Assembly (NCBI GenBank): GCA_041687695.1
Contig: JAWLBL010000043.1
Span: forward strand, 1 to 42,898
DNA length: 42,898 nucleotides
Direction of reading: 5' to 3'
Origin: Myxococcota bacterium
GTDB lineage: Bacteria; Myxococcota_A; UBA9042; PHBI01; JAWLBL01
The notes beneath the pieces are model-generated. The model was not told where the DNA came from and did not search any database. It worked only from the letters and a program-made list of their open reading frames with translations. Of this stretch, positions 1 through 9,095 are shown one piece after another (within the stretch, counting starts at the first letter, position 1; each line of letters begins with the position of its first letter). A program made the position numbers and the translations under genes.

Positions 1-47
1 GTGAGGAGGACGGTCTCTCCGGGGACGACGGGGCGTGCGCGTGACAT
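1..47 (-). CDS. 5' end (partial) of a putative RAYT/IS200-like HUH (Y1) transposase, copy A
   Basis: Reverse complement reads ATG TCA CGC GCA CGC CCC GTC GTC CCC GGA GAG ACC GTC CTC CTC AC = MSRARPVVPGETVLL(T), preceded by a GGAGAG RBS. 43/47 nt identical to 42852..42898. The N-terminus resembles the M-x-x-x-R-x-x-x-P-G-x-x-x-x-x-T start I recall for RAYT-like Y1 transposases, but only 15 codons are visible. Confidence 0.5.
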   Translation of the reverse strand, partial: MSRARPVVPGETVLL

Positions 48-116
48 GAGGCCTCTCCGAGCGGCGGACGGCGTGCGCTCGAGGCGCACGTCGTGCGGGT
101 TCGGAGGACCGCGTAG

Positions 117-132
117 AGCAGAGGGCGTGCCA
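117..132 (-). promoter_or_regulatory. sigma-54 -24/-12 promoter for the gene starting at 47
   Basis: Minus strand TGGCACGCCCTCTGCT = GG-N10-GC with a TGGCAC core. Conserved in the paralogous leader at 42769..42784. Confidence 0.7.
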
Positions 133-204
133 GCCGCGAGATCGCGCGGTACGCTTGGAGGTGGCGCGCGGCGCGCAGCCCGTGGGGCCGCGAGCGGGCG
201 GAGA

Positions 205-235
205 TCGGGGACTCGAGACCCGACCGGTGGGGACT
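205..235 (-). promoter_or_regulatory. Tandem AGTCCCC site, putative enhancer-binding-protein UAS
   Basis: Minus strand AGTCCCC-N15-AGTCCCCGA, 75 nt from the sigma-54 box. The same motif, spacer and distance occur at 42666..42696. Confidence 0.55.
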
Positions 236-355
236 CGCGCGCGAACGGCCCGCCCGAGGCCGGAACCGCTGGCGCTGCGGGAGGAGAGGAAGCGCCGCCG
301 GTGGGGTCTGTCAGGCGCTCGTCGAACCTCGCAGCCGCCACCCGCATCTGCTCGT

Positions 356-476
356 GCAGGCCGGAGCGTCGCGTCGCGCAAACCGGACCATGGCGGCCGG
401 TCCGGCAGGTTGGCGAGTCGGGTCGCGCAACCCGACCTTCGCGCCCGGTCCGGCAGGCCGGCGCGTCGCGTGGCGC
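356..476. repeat. ~48-bp degenerate tandem repeat (2.5 copies) with hairpins, REP-like
   Basis: Units start GCAGG at 356, 405 and 453, and the full units end CCGGTCCG. Contains the inverted repeats CCGGACC...GGTCCGG and GTCGGGT...ACCCGAC. Confidence 0.6.
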
Positions 477-506
477 GCGTGGCGCGACGGGGGCTCGGGC
501 CGCGGG

Positions 507-1379
507 TCAGCGGTCGCGGATGAGGACGTCGGCGTTGGTGGTGCGGACGTCGACGTAGCCGGCGCCGTTGCCGACGTAGCCCTCGAACTGCCCGGGGGCG
601 AGGAACTCGGGGGTGACGAAGGGCAGATCGATGGCGATGGCCGCCTCGGGGCTGGTGCTGACCACCAGCGTGGCGCCGAAGTTCGAGGGCAGGACCAGGT
701 CGACCGGGGCGTTCAGGGTCGTCAGCACGACCTCGCCTCCGGGCGGCGGGGTCACACGGGCTTCGATGGGGCCGTTGGTGGTGCGGGCGTCCACCTCGCC
801 GAAGACCGAAAGCGCGGTGATGGACGCGTTGACGGTGCGCGCGATGAGGGCGCCCTGGTGGGCCTCGACGAAGATGGGCGCCTGCTCGGTCTTGAGCTTG
901 GCCGCGCCGCGGGTGCCGACCAGCTCGATGGGGCCGAAGGTGGTGGCCTCGATGACCGGGACGCCCGCGAAGGTGAGCGCGCCGCGGTCTGCGAAGGACG
1001 AGGTGGCGACCCCGGGCGGGACGAAGAGGTCGAGGGTGACCTCGAAGCGCTGGCTGCCCGAGCGGGGGGGCAGGTCGACGGTCAGGATCAGGTCGTCGGC
1101 CGTGCCGGTCTCCACGACGCGCACCTCGCCGGCCGCGCGGCGAGCGTCGGTGACCGTGTTGAAGCCGCGGGCCAGGACGTGGACCGTGCCGTGGACCCGG
1201 CGGGCGTTGGGGTCCTCGACCAGGTGGATGTCGCCGTCGAAGGTCTCGACGTGCAGCGACCGGGTGGGCTCGCCCACGGACTGGAACGGGAAGCTGTCGG
1301 TCGCGCTGTGCGTGCAGGCGCCGAGGGCCAGCAGGCTGGCGGCCATGAGCAGGTGCGCGGCGTTCGCAGTCGGTAGCAT
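507..1379 (-). CDS. DUF4097-like beta-strand-repeat lipoprotein
   Basis: Signal peptide with lipobox LGAC. Repeated motifs of the type VETFDGDI, ATTFGPI, RTTNGPI, RTTNADV. Confidence 0.75.
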   Translation of the reverse strand: MLPTANAAHLLMAASLLALGACTHSATDSFPFQSVGEPTRSLHVETFDGDIHLVEDPNARRVHGTVHVLARGFNTVTDARRAAGEVRVVETGTADDLILTVDLPPRSGSQRFEVTLDLFVPPGVATSSFADRGALTFAGVPVIEATTFGPIELVGTRGAAKLKTEQAPIFVEAHQGALIARTVNASITALSVFGEVDARTTNGPIEARVTPPPGGEVVLTTLNAPVDLVLPSNFGATLVVSTSPEAAIAIDLPFVTPEFLAPGQFEGYVGNGAGYVDVRTTNADVLIRDR

Positions 1380-1487
1380 GGGGTCCCCCCGCTGGCGTTT
1401 GGCAGGTCCGCCCGACGGGCGGCCACCTCCTTTATTCACAGTCCGCGGTTCGGGACAAGGCCCTACAGGCCAGCGCGCTGGGCCGCG

Positions 1488-1517
1488 TTGACCCGGCAAT
1501 GCGGGGCGAGCTAGTCT
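1488..1517 (+). promoter_or_regulatory. Possible sigma-70 promoter for the gene at 1548
   Basis: TTGACC-N18-TAGTCT about 30 nt before the ATG, followed by a GGGAG RBS. Confidence 0.35.
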
Positions 1518-1547
1518 CTTCGGCGCCTCGGAGCGGGAGCGAATTCA

Positions 1548-4500
1548 ATGCAACCTCGGTACCTTGCGGCGATCTTGACGGTGCTCGGCCCGACCCTCGG
1601 GTGCGGGGACATCAACGTCTCCGAGGGCGGCGTCGACACCAAGGACCCCGTCGACGCAGGCGGCGACGCGCCGGCCGGCGACACCTCGGGACCGAAGTCC
1701 TGTGAGTACGGCAACGACCAGAGCTGCGACGACGGCGACAGCTGCACCATAGACAAGTGCAACGCCAAGAACGAGTGCGTCCACACCGTGCCCCTCGAGG
1801 TCTGCAAGATCGACGGCGAGTGCTACGCCGACGGGGCCCTCGCGCCCGGCAACGCGTGCCGGCTCTGCAGGATGAGCGAGTCGCTGACCGCGTGGTCGTT
1901 CGTGACCTGCGACGACGGCAACCCCTGCACGCTCGACAAGTGCGACGCCAACGACGGGTGCTTCGCCGTCAACGACGACTCGCTGGCCTGCGACGACGGC
2001 GACGCCTGCACCACCGACGACCGTTGCTCGGGCGGGGCCTGCGTCGCCACGCCCTGCGCCTGCGAGCAGGACGCCGAGTGCGACGGGGCCATCGCCGTGC
2101 CGGCCTGCCAGCGCGCGGCCTGCGTCGACAACGTCTGCGTGGCCGTGCCGAACACCGCCGTCGAGGGGGCGACCTGCGACGACGGGGACGCCTGCACGAC
2201 GGGCGACGCGTGCGCCGCCGGCGTCTGCAGCGGGGCCGCGGTCGACTGCTCGCAGTGGGACGGGCCGTGCACGACCGGGCTCTGCCTCGAGGGCGAGTGC
2301 GTCCTGAAGATGACGGCCGAGGGCACGGCCTGCCAGGACGCCGAGGGGTGCCTGTTGGGCGGGGCCTGCTCGGCGGGCGGCAACTGCGAGGGGACCTGGG
2401 ACGCCGGCGCGTGCGGCTGCGCGAGCGACGGCGACTGCGACGACGGGCTGGACTGCACCGTGGACAGCTGCGACGCCGAGTCGGGCGTGTGCGCGCGCGC
2501 GGTGGCCGAGGGCAGCTGCAAGCTGCTGGGCGGGTGCCTGACGGCCGGCGCGACGCACCCGTTCGACGCGTGCAAGGTGTGCGAGCCCGAAGCCGCGACG
2601 CTGGCGTGGACCGCCGTGTCGTGCGACGACGGCGACGGGTGCACGGTCGACACCTGCACGCCGGACGCGGGGTGCGTGTCGACGCCGGTGGGCGAGGCGT
2701 GCTGCAGCGAGGCCAGCGACTGCCTCGGCGCTGGCGTGGTGCCTGGGCCGTGCCAGAAGGTGGACTGCGTGGACGGCGGGTGCGCGGTGGTGGCGGACCC
2801 GGCGGCCGAGGGGACGAGCTGCGACGACGGGGACGCCTGCACGCAGGGCGACGCTTGCGCGGCCGGGGCCTGCGTCGGGCAGGCGGTGGTGTGCGAGGGC
2901 GAGGCGCCGGTGTGCACGGCGCTGGCGTGCGAGGCGTCGACCGGCGAGTGCGTGCCGGCGCCGCTCGAGCCGGGGGTCGGGTGCGACGACGGCGACGCCT
3001 GCACGACCGACGACCAGTGCGACGGGGCGGGCGGGTGCGCGGGCGCGGCCAAGGACTGCAGCGGGCTGGACGGGGCGTGCACCCACGGGACGTGCGACGG
3101 CGCGACCGGGGCGTGCATGGCGGCGGCGAAGACGGGCGAAGCCTGTGACGACGGGGAGGCGTGCACGTTGAACGACGTGTGCACGGGCGCCGGGGCGTGC
3201 GCGGGGACGTGGGACAACGCGGGCTGCGGGTGCAGCGACGACGCGGCGTGCGCCGGGCTGACGGACGTGTGCAACACGGGGCGCTGCGATCTGACGAAGA
3301 ACGAGTGCTTCAAGGAGCCCAAGGCCGGCGGGTGCAACGACGGCAACCCGTGCACGCACGGTGACCAGTGCGTCGACGGCGGGTGCGCCGGGACCGGCTA
3401 CGCCTGCGACGACGGCCAGAGCTGCACGACCGACAGCTGCAACGGCGACGGGACGTGCACCTTCGCGCTGCAGGCGTCGCGGTGCCTCATCGACGGGGTG
3501 TGTTACGACGCGGGGGCGGCGCAGCCGGGCAACCCCTGCCAGAGCTGCCAGCCGGGGGCGTCGACCAGCGCGTGGACGGCGACGAGCGCGAGCTGCGACG
3601 ACGGCGACCCGTGCACGCACGGCGACGGGTGCGCGGGCGGGGCGTGCGTCGGCACGGGCTACACCTGCGACGACGGGCTGGCCTGCACGAGCGACGGCTG
3701 CAACGGCGACGGGACCTGCACTTTCGCCCTGCAGGGCGGCAAGTGCGTCATCGACGGCGTCTGCTGGGACTCGGGCGCGACGAACCCGGCCAACCCCTGC
3801 CAGAGCTGCATCCCGGGGACGTCGACCAGCGCGTGGACCAACACGACGGCCGCGTGCAGCGACGGCGACCCGTGCACGCACTCGGACGTGTGCGCGGGCG
3901 GGGCGTGCGTCGGGACGGCCTACGGCTGCGACGACGGCAAGGCCTGCACGAGCGACGTCTGCAACGGCGACGGGACCTGCAGCCACGCGGTGACCGGCGG
4001 CAGCTGCCTCATCGGCGGGGTCTGCTACGCCAGCGGCGCGACCAACCCGGCCAACGGGTGCCAGGCGTGCACGCCGGGCAGCTCGACCAGCGCGTGGACC
4101 AACACCACGAGCGCCTGTGACGACGGCAACGCCTGCTCGCACTCGGACAAGTGCGCGGGGGGGAGCTGCGCCGGCACGAGCTACGGCTGCGACGACGGCA
4201 AGGCCTGCACCAGCGACAGCTGCGACGGCGCGGGCGGCTGCGTCCACGCGCTCAACGCCGGCAGCTGCCTCATCGGCGGGGTCTGCTACGCAGCGGGCAC
4301 CTCGAACCCGTCCAACCCCTGCCAGAGCTGCAACCCCGCCTCCTCGACCTCCGGCTGGAGCAACAACACGAGCAGCTGCGACGACGGCGACCCCTGCACC
4401 CAAGCCGACAAGTGCTCGGGCGGCACCTGCAGCGGCACGGCCTACAGCTGCAACGACGGCAACGCCTGCACCAACGACAGCTGCAACGGCGACGGCACCT

Positions 4501-5162
4501 GCTCGTTCGTCAACAACGCCAACAGCTGCAACGACGGCAACCCCTGCACCCACTCGGACAAGTGCTCGGGCGGCACCTGCGGCGGCACCGCCTACGGCTG
4601 CAACGACGGCAACCCCTGCACCAACGATAGCTGCAACGGCGACGGCACCTGCTCGTTCGTCAACAACGCCAACAGCTGCAACGACGGCAACCCCTGCACC
4701 CACTCGGACAAGTGCTCGGGCGGCGCCTGCGGCGGCACGGCCTACGGCTGCAACGACGGCAACCCCTGCACCAACGACGCCTGCAACGGCAGCGGCGGCT
4801 GCACCTACACCAACAACGCGAACAGCTGTGACGACGGCGACGCCTGCACCACCGGCGACGTCTGCTCGGGCGGCAGCTGCGCCGGCAAGCCCAAGGGCTG
4901 CGACGACGGCCTGCCTTGCACGATCGACAGCTGCGAGAACGGCACCTGCCAGTCGTTCGTCGACCCCGAGCACTGCCTCATCGACGGCCAGTGCATCCCG
5001 GCCTACACCTACGGCAACAACTTCTGCGAGTACTGCGACCCCATGATGGACCAGTACTGGTGGACGCAGGACCCCATGTGCTGCAACGGCGGCCAGTGGT
5101 GCTTCGACAACTGGGACTGCCCGTCGGGCTTCTGCCAGTGGAACCAGTGCATGTGCTACTGA
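1548..5162 (+). CDS. Large Cys-rich repeat surface lipoprotein (CDDGxxCTxDxC, Dictyostelium-type repeats)
   Basis: 1204 aa, lipobox TLGC, many CDDG(N/D)xCTxDxC units, strongly GC3-biased codons. Confidence 0.9.
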   Translation: MQPRYLAAILTVLGPTLGCGDINVSEGGVDTKDPVDAGGDAPAGDTSGPKSCEYGNDQSCDDGDSCTIDKCNAKNECVHTVPLEVCKIDGECYADGALAPGNACRLCRMSESLTAWSFVTCDDGNPCTLDKCDANDGCFAVNDDSLACDDGDACTTDDRCSGGACVATPCACEQDAECDGAIAVPACQRAACVDNVCVAVPNTAVEGATCDDGDACTTGDACAAGVCSGAAVDCSQWDGPCTTGLCLEGECVLKMTAEGTACQDAEGCLLGGACSAGGNCEGTWDAGACGCASDGDCDDGLDCTVDSCDAESGVCARAVAEGSCKLLGGCLTAGATHPFDACKVCEPEAATLAWTAVSCDDGDGCTVDTCTPDAGCVSTPVGEACCSEASDCLGAGVVPGPCQKVDCVDGGCAVVADPAAEGTSCDDGDACTQGDACAAGACVGQAVVCEGEAPVCTALACEASTGECVPAPLEPGVGCDDGDACTTDDQCDGAGGCAGAAKDCSGLDGACTHGTCDGATGACMAAAKTGEACDDGEACTLNDVCTGAGACAGTWDNAGCGCSDDAACAGLTDVCNTGRCDLTKNECFKEPKAGGCNDGNPCTHGDQCVDGGCAGTGYACDDGQSCTTDSCNGDGTCTFALQASRCLIDGVCYDAGAAQPGNPCQSCQPGASTSAWTATSASCDDGDPCTHGDGCAGGACVGTGYTCDDGLACTSDGCNGDGTCTFALQGGKCVIDGVCWDSGATNPANPCQSCIPGTSTSAWTNTTAACSDGDPCTHSDVCAGGACVGTAYGCDDGKACTSDVCNGDGTCSHAVTGGSCLIGGVCYASGATNPANGCQACTPGSSTSAWTNTTSACDDGNACSHSDKCAGGSCAGTSYGCDDGKACTSDSCDGAGGCVHALNAGSCLIGGVCYAAGTSNPSNPCQSCNPASSTSGWSNNTSSCDDGDPCTQADKCSGGTCSGTAYSCNDGNACTNDSCNGDGTCSFVNNANSCNDGNPCTHSDKCSGGTCGGTAYGCNDGNPCTNDSCNGDGTCSFVNNANSCNDGNPCTHSDKCSGGACGGTAYGCNDGNPCTNDACNGSGGCTYTNNANSCDDGDACTTGDVCSGGSCAGKPKGCDDGLPCTIDSCENGTCQSFVDPEHCLIDGQCIPAYTYGNNFCEYCDPMMDQYWWTQDPMCCNGGQWCFDNWDCPSGFCQWNQCMCY
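3405..4898 (+). repeat. Intragenic tandem repeats: 4 x 261 nt followed by ~3 x 150 nt
   Basis: Equivalent Cys codons at 3405, 3666, 3927, 4188 and 4449 (87-aa unit), then at 4599 and 4749 (50-aa unit; the first two are nearly identical). Confidence 0.85.
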
Positions 5163-5182
5163 GCTGAACCTGGGGCGGCCGC

Positions 5183-7708
5183 TCAGCGCCGCCCGCGCGC
5201 CAGCCCGTGCGTGACCGAGGTCAGCCACGGCAGCAGCAGCGGCGCCAGCGCGATGACGACCAGCCCGGGCCCGGCAGCCGCCAGGTCCAGGTTCATCTGC
5301 GTCAGCACCGGCCGCGCCACGCCGAGGGCCAGCGGCACCGCCAGCGCGGCGGCCACCACGCCCAGCGTCGCCTGCTCGGCCAGGCGCATCAGCTTCAGCC
5401 CACGCGCGTCCCACCCCAGCGCCCGCAGCGTCGCCACCCTGGCCTCGCGCTCGCCGCGCCCCAGATCCAGCGTGGCCCACAGGATGAGCAGCCCCACCGC
5501 CGCGCACACCAGGGCCAGCAGCTCCAGCGCGCGCCCCAGCTCGCCCAGCAGCGCGTCGGCCTGCGACAGCACCGGCGCGAGATCCAGCACCGTGATGTTG
5601 GCGTGCTCGGCGAACAGATCCCGCTGGAAGGCCGCCACCGCCTGCGGGTCGTCCAGCTTCAGCGCGCCGATGGCGGTCTGCGGCGCCTCGCCCAGCACAC
5701 CGGGCGGCGTCACCACGAAGAAGTTCGGCGACAGGCTCAGCCAATCGACCCGCCGCAGCGACGTCACCTGCAGCTCGATGGGCCGCCCCTGCACGTCGAA
5801 GCGCAGCCAGTCACCCAGCCGCACCCCCAGCCGCGTCGCGAAGCGCTGCTCCAGGCTCAGCACCGGCGCGTCCGACCCCGGCGCCCACAGCTCGCCCGCC
5901 ACCAGCTTCTGCCCCGGGCCCAGGCCGTCGGCGTAGGTCAGGTTGTACTCGCGACGCATCAGCCGCGCGCGCTCGCCCCGCCCCTGGCGCTGCTCGGTCA
6001 GGGCGTCGGTCCCCGCTCCGTTGATGTGTGTCAGCCGCGCCCGCACCAGCGGGCTCAGCTGCGTCTCGGTGGCCCCGTGCGCGTCGGCCAGCCGCTGCAC
6101 GGTCGCGATCTGGTCCGACTGCACGTCGACCAGGAACACGTTCGGCTTGCTCCCGGCCCCGACGGCCAGCGCCCCGCTGAGGCTCGACTGCACCAGGTGC
6201 AGCGCGCCGGTCAGGCCGATGCCCAGCCCCAGCGCCAGCAGCCAGGTGGTCGAGCGGCCGCGCTGCCGCAGGACCAGCAGCACCCCGTGACGCAAGGCCG
6301 CCGCGTCGCTGGAGCGGCCGCCCAGCCGACGATGCAGCCACGACAGCACGGCGAAAGCCAACCCGATGAGGGCAGCGGCGCCCAACAGCGCCACCAGCAG
6401 CCCGCCCGTGAAGGCGGCGGTCCGCTCGGGCGACACGTCGCGGGCCAGCAGCAGCGCGCTGAGGCCAGCCAGCCCCAGCGCCCCCAGCAGGGCCACGTCG
6501 CGGCGGCGCAGCCGGACCCGGCCGCCGCCGAACAGGGCGTGCGGCGGCAGGGCGCCCAGGCGGCGCAGGCTGACCAGGTTCAGCACCAGGCCGACGCCCA
6601 GGGCGACGGCCAGCGCCTCCAGCAACGCGGGCACCGTCGCCGCCAGGCTGGCCTCGAGCTCCATGCGCCCCTCGAGCGCCGACAGCACGGCCGCGTCGGC
6701 GCCCAGGCCCAGCATGACGCCGATGGCGCCGCCGGACAGGGCCAGGATCGTGAACAGCAGCAAGAAGGCGCGGCGGATGGCGCCCGGGCCCACGCCCATG
6801 CAGCGCAGGGTGGCCACGGCGTCGAGCTGGTCGTTCAGGAACGACAGCAGCCCCACGACGACGCCGATGGCGCCCAGGATCAGGGTGACCAGGGCGACCA
6901 GGGTGAAGAACAGGGCGACGCGCTCGAAGATCTCGCGGGTGTTGTCGCGGGCGTCGACGAAGGTGCGGACGCGCACGCCCTCGCCGGCGACGGCCTCGAA
7001 CAGCGCCTCGAGCGTGGCGGCGCGGGTGCGGGCCTCGGGGGCGTCCGGCTCGCCCAATGCGAAGTGCAGCGCGTGCTGCACGCGGCTGCCGAACTGGACC
7101 AGGCCGGTGCCGTCCAGGGCGGTCAGCGGGATGACCACGCGCGGCGCGAAGCCCAGCGCCCCCGACAGGCCGCCGCTGGGCTCGGGGGCCAGCTGGCCGG
7201 CCACGGTGAAGGCCGTGTCGCCGATGCGCAGGGTGTCGCCGACCGCGACGCGCCGCTGGGTCGCCACCTCGGGGCTGACGAGGATGGGCGGCGGGCCCGG
7301 CGCGAAGAGCAGGGCGTCGGTCGCGGCGTCGGGCGCGAGCTTGCCATACAGCGGATAACCCGGCTCGACCGCCTGCAAGGTCACCAGGAACGGCGGGTCG
7401 TCGCCTTTGCCGGCCATGGTGGCCATCTGCACGGTGCGCACCGAGCGCAGCGGCGTGCCGGCGGCGGCCTGCAGGCGCGGCTCGAGGTCGGCGGTCAGCG
7501 GGCGCCAGCTGGACACGGTGATGTCGGCGCCCATCAGGGTGCGCGCGTCGCGGTACAGTCCGTCGCCCAGCAGGTGCACCAGGTTGGCGATGGCGAAGAT
7601 CGACCCGACGCCCAGGGCGATGCACACGGCCAGGAAGGCCAGGCGCCCGCGATAAGGCCAGAACAGGCGCCTGGCCAGGCGCGCAGTAGGGACCGGTGGC
7701 GGGGTCAC
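5183..7708 (-). CDS. ybbP: ABC transporter permease, duplicated FtsX/MacB type (YbbP-like)
   Basis: ARTLMGADITVSS, LQAVEPGYPLYG, PNVFLVDVQ, REYNLTY, two TM clusters with LRxxG motifs. The GTG start overlaps the upstream stop (GTGA). Confidence 0.85.
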   Translation of the reverse strand: MTPPPVPTARLARRLFWPYRGRLAFLAVCIALGVGSIFAIANLVHLLGDGLYRDARTLMGADITVSSWRPLTADLEPRLQAAAGTPLRSVRTVQMATMAGKGDDPPFLVTLQAVEPGYPLYGKLAPDAATDALLFAPGPPPILVSPEVATQRRVAVGDTLRIGDTAFTVAGQLAPEPSGGLSGALGFAPRVVIPLTALDGTGLVQFGSRVQHALHFALGEPDAPEARTRAATLEALFEAVAGEGVRVRTFVDARDNTREIFERVALFFTLVALVTLILGAIGVVVGLLSFLNDQLDAVATLRCMGVGPGAIRRAFLLLFTILALSGGAIGVMLGLGADAAVLSALEGRMELEASLAATVPALLEALAVALGVGLVLNLVSLRRLGALPPHALFGGGRVRLRRRDVALLGALGLAGLSALLLARDVSPERTAAFTGGLLVALLGAAALIGLAFAVLSWLHRRLGGRSSDAAALRHGVLLVLRQRGRSTTWLLALGLGIGLTGALHLVQSSLSGALAVGAGSKPNVFLVDVQSDQIATVQRLADAHGATETQLSPLVRARLTHINGAGTDALTEQRQGRGERARLMRREYNLTYADGLGPGQKLVAGELWAPGSDAPVLSLEQRFATRLGVRLGDWLRFDVQGRPIELQVTSLRRVDWLSLSPNFFVVTPPGVLGEAPQTAIGALKLDDPQAVAAFQRDLFAEHANITVLDLAPVLSQADALLGELGRALELLALVCAAVGLLILWATLDLGRGEREARVATLRALGWDARGLKLMRLAEQATLGVVAAALAVPLALGVARPVLTQMNLDLAAAGPGLVVIALAPLLLPWLTSVTHGLARGRR

Positions 7709-8415
7709 TGGGCGCGCCCCCGGACCAGGCGCACGTGGCGGCCCATCCGCGCGGCGACCTCGGCGTCGTGGGTGACCAGGACCAGCGTGGTGCGCGAGGC
7801 CGCGTCGACCGCCAGCAGCTGCTCGAGGACGCGCGCCCCGGTGTCGGGGTCCAGGTTGCCGGTCGGCTCGTCGGCGAAGACCAGGGCCGGGCGGTGGATG
7901 AAGGCCCGCGCGATGGCGACGCGCTGCCGCTCGCCGCCCGAGAGCTGGTCGGGGAAGTGGGTCAGCCGCTCGCCCAGCCCCAGCTGCCCCAGCGCCTCGG
8001 CCGCGCGCCGGGCCGCCTCGCGCGGCGGCTCGCCCAGCACCTCGAGCGCGAGCGCCACGTTCTCGAGCGCGGTCAGCCGCGGCAGCAGGCGAAAGTCCTG
8101 GAAGATGAAGCCGACCTGCGTGCGCCGCCACTCGGCCAGCCGGTCCTCGCTCCACCCCTCGATGGGCTGCCCGCGAAAGCGCACCGACCCCGAGGTGGGC
8201 CGGTCCAGACCCGCCAGCAGGTTCAGCAGCGTGCTCTTGCCGCTGCCCGAGGCGCCGGTTATGGCGACCGTCTCGCCCTCGCGCACGTCGAGGTCGAGCC
8301 CGTCGAGCACCCGCAGGGCGTGCCCGCCCGAGGCGTACTCCTTGACGACGGCGCTCAGGGTCAGGACCGATTCGGCGGCGGCCGGGGTGGCCGTGGAGGA
8401 GGCGGGCGTCGTCAC
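7705..8415 (-). CDS. ybbA: ABC transporter ATP-binding protein (YbbA/LolD-like)
   Basis: Walker A GASGSGKST, signature LSGGERQR, ADEPTGNLD, VTHD. GTGA-coupled to the upstream esterase gene. Confidence 0.9.
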   Translation of the reverse strand: MTTPASSTATPAAAESVLTLSAVVKEYASGGHALRVLDGLDLDVREGETVAITGASGSGKSTLLNLLAGLDRPTSGSVRFRGQPIEGWSEDRLAEWRRTQVGFIFQDFRLLPRLTALENVALALEVLGEPPREAARRAAEALGQLGLGERLTHFPDQLSGGERQRVAIARAFIHRPALVFADEPTGNLDPDTGARVLEQLLAVDAASRTTLVLVTHDAEVAARMGRHVRLVRGRAQ

Positions 8416-9095
8416 TGCAGGACCTTGGTGTCGTCGAGGAAGGCCATGACGCGCTCGGCGACGCGCCGGTGGCCTTCGGCGTTCGGGTGGATGCCGTCGG
8501 GCAGGTTCAGGGTTGGGTCGCCGCCCACGCCCTCGAGCAGGAAGGGCAGCAGCGGGACGTCCAGCTCGCGGGCCAGCTCCGGGTAGATCGCGGCGAAGGC
8601 CTGCGAGTATTGCTGGCCGTGGCTGGGCGGCAGCCTCATCCCGGCCAGCATCACCTTCACCCCGCGCGCCTGCAGGGCCTTCACGATGGCGCGGATGTTG
8701 TCGCGGATGCCGCCAATCGGCTGGCCCCGCAGCCCGTCGTTGCCGCCGATGGCCAGCATCACGGCCTTCACCTCGGGCCCGGCGTGCCAGTCCAGCCGCC
8801 GCAGCACCCCGGCCGTCGTGTCCCCGCTGACCCCGGCGTTGCGCACCGACCACTCGGACCCGCGCGCCGCGAGCTGCGCGCCGACCAGCGCCACCCACGC
8901 CTCGTCCTCGCTCAGCCCGTACCCGGCCGTCAGCGAGTCGCCCAGGCACACCAGCACCGGCCCCTCGGTCGCCACCGCCCCGCCGGCCCCCACCGACGGC
9001 GGCGTGTAGCTCGTCCGCTCGGGCTCGCGCTGACACCCCAGCAGCACCAGCGCGGCCAGCAGCCCCAGCGCGCAACGCACGACGTACATCTTCAT
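8412..9095 (-). CDS. tesA: GDSL/SGNH arylesterase (TesA-like), lipoprotein
   Basis: GDSLTAGYG, NAGVSGDTT, GGNDGLRG and DGIHPN blocks. Lipobox LLGC. Confidence 0.9.
   Translation of the reverse strand: MKMYVVRCALGLLAALVLLGCQREPERTSYTPPSVGAGGAVATEGPVLVCLGDSLTAGYGLSEDEAWVALVGAQLAARGSEWSVRNAGVSGDTTAGVLRRLDWHAGPEVKAVMLAIGGNDGLRGQPIGGIRDNIRAIVKALQARGVKVMLAGMRLPPSHGQQYSQAFAAIYPELARELDVPLLPFLLEGVGGDPTLNLPDGIHPNAEGHRRVAERVMAFLDDTKVLQ

Noticed and set aside
1..47. Terminal inverted repeats of a linear replicon or large transposon
   Set aside because: The inverted match is the start of a coding sequence with its RBS and promoter, with partly synonymous differences, and the interior genes look chromosomal.
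1..558. Plus-strand ORFs 1..558 and 155..523, and minus-strand ORFs at 42646..42898
   Set aside because: Low-complexity translations. The regions are better explained as conserved leaders of the terminal paralogs on the opposite strand.
4900..5162. Diversity-generating retroelement target
   Set aside because: No reverse transcriptase and no template repeat with adenine-specific mismatches is visible in the window.
1545..5744. 1399-aa minus-strand ORF and similar long ORFs (20070..24815, 5207..8449, 34878..37418)
   Set aside because: Antisense or off-frame shadows of real genes. Stop codons are rare at this GC content, and the translations are Arg/Ala/Gly/Pro-rich without motifs.
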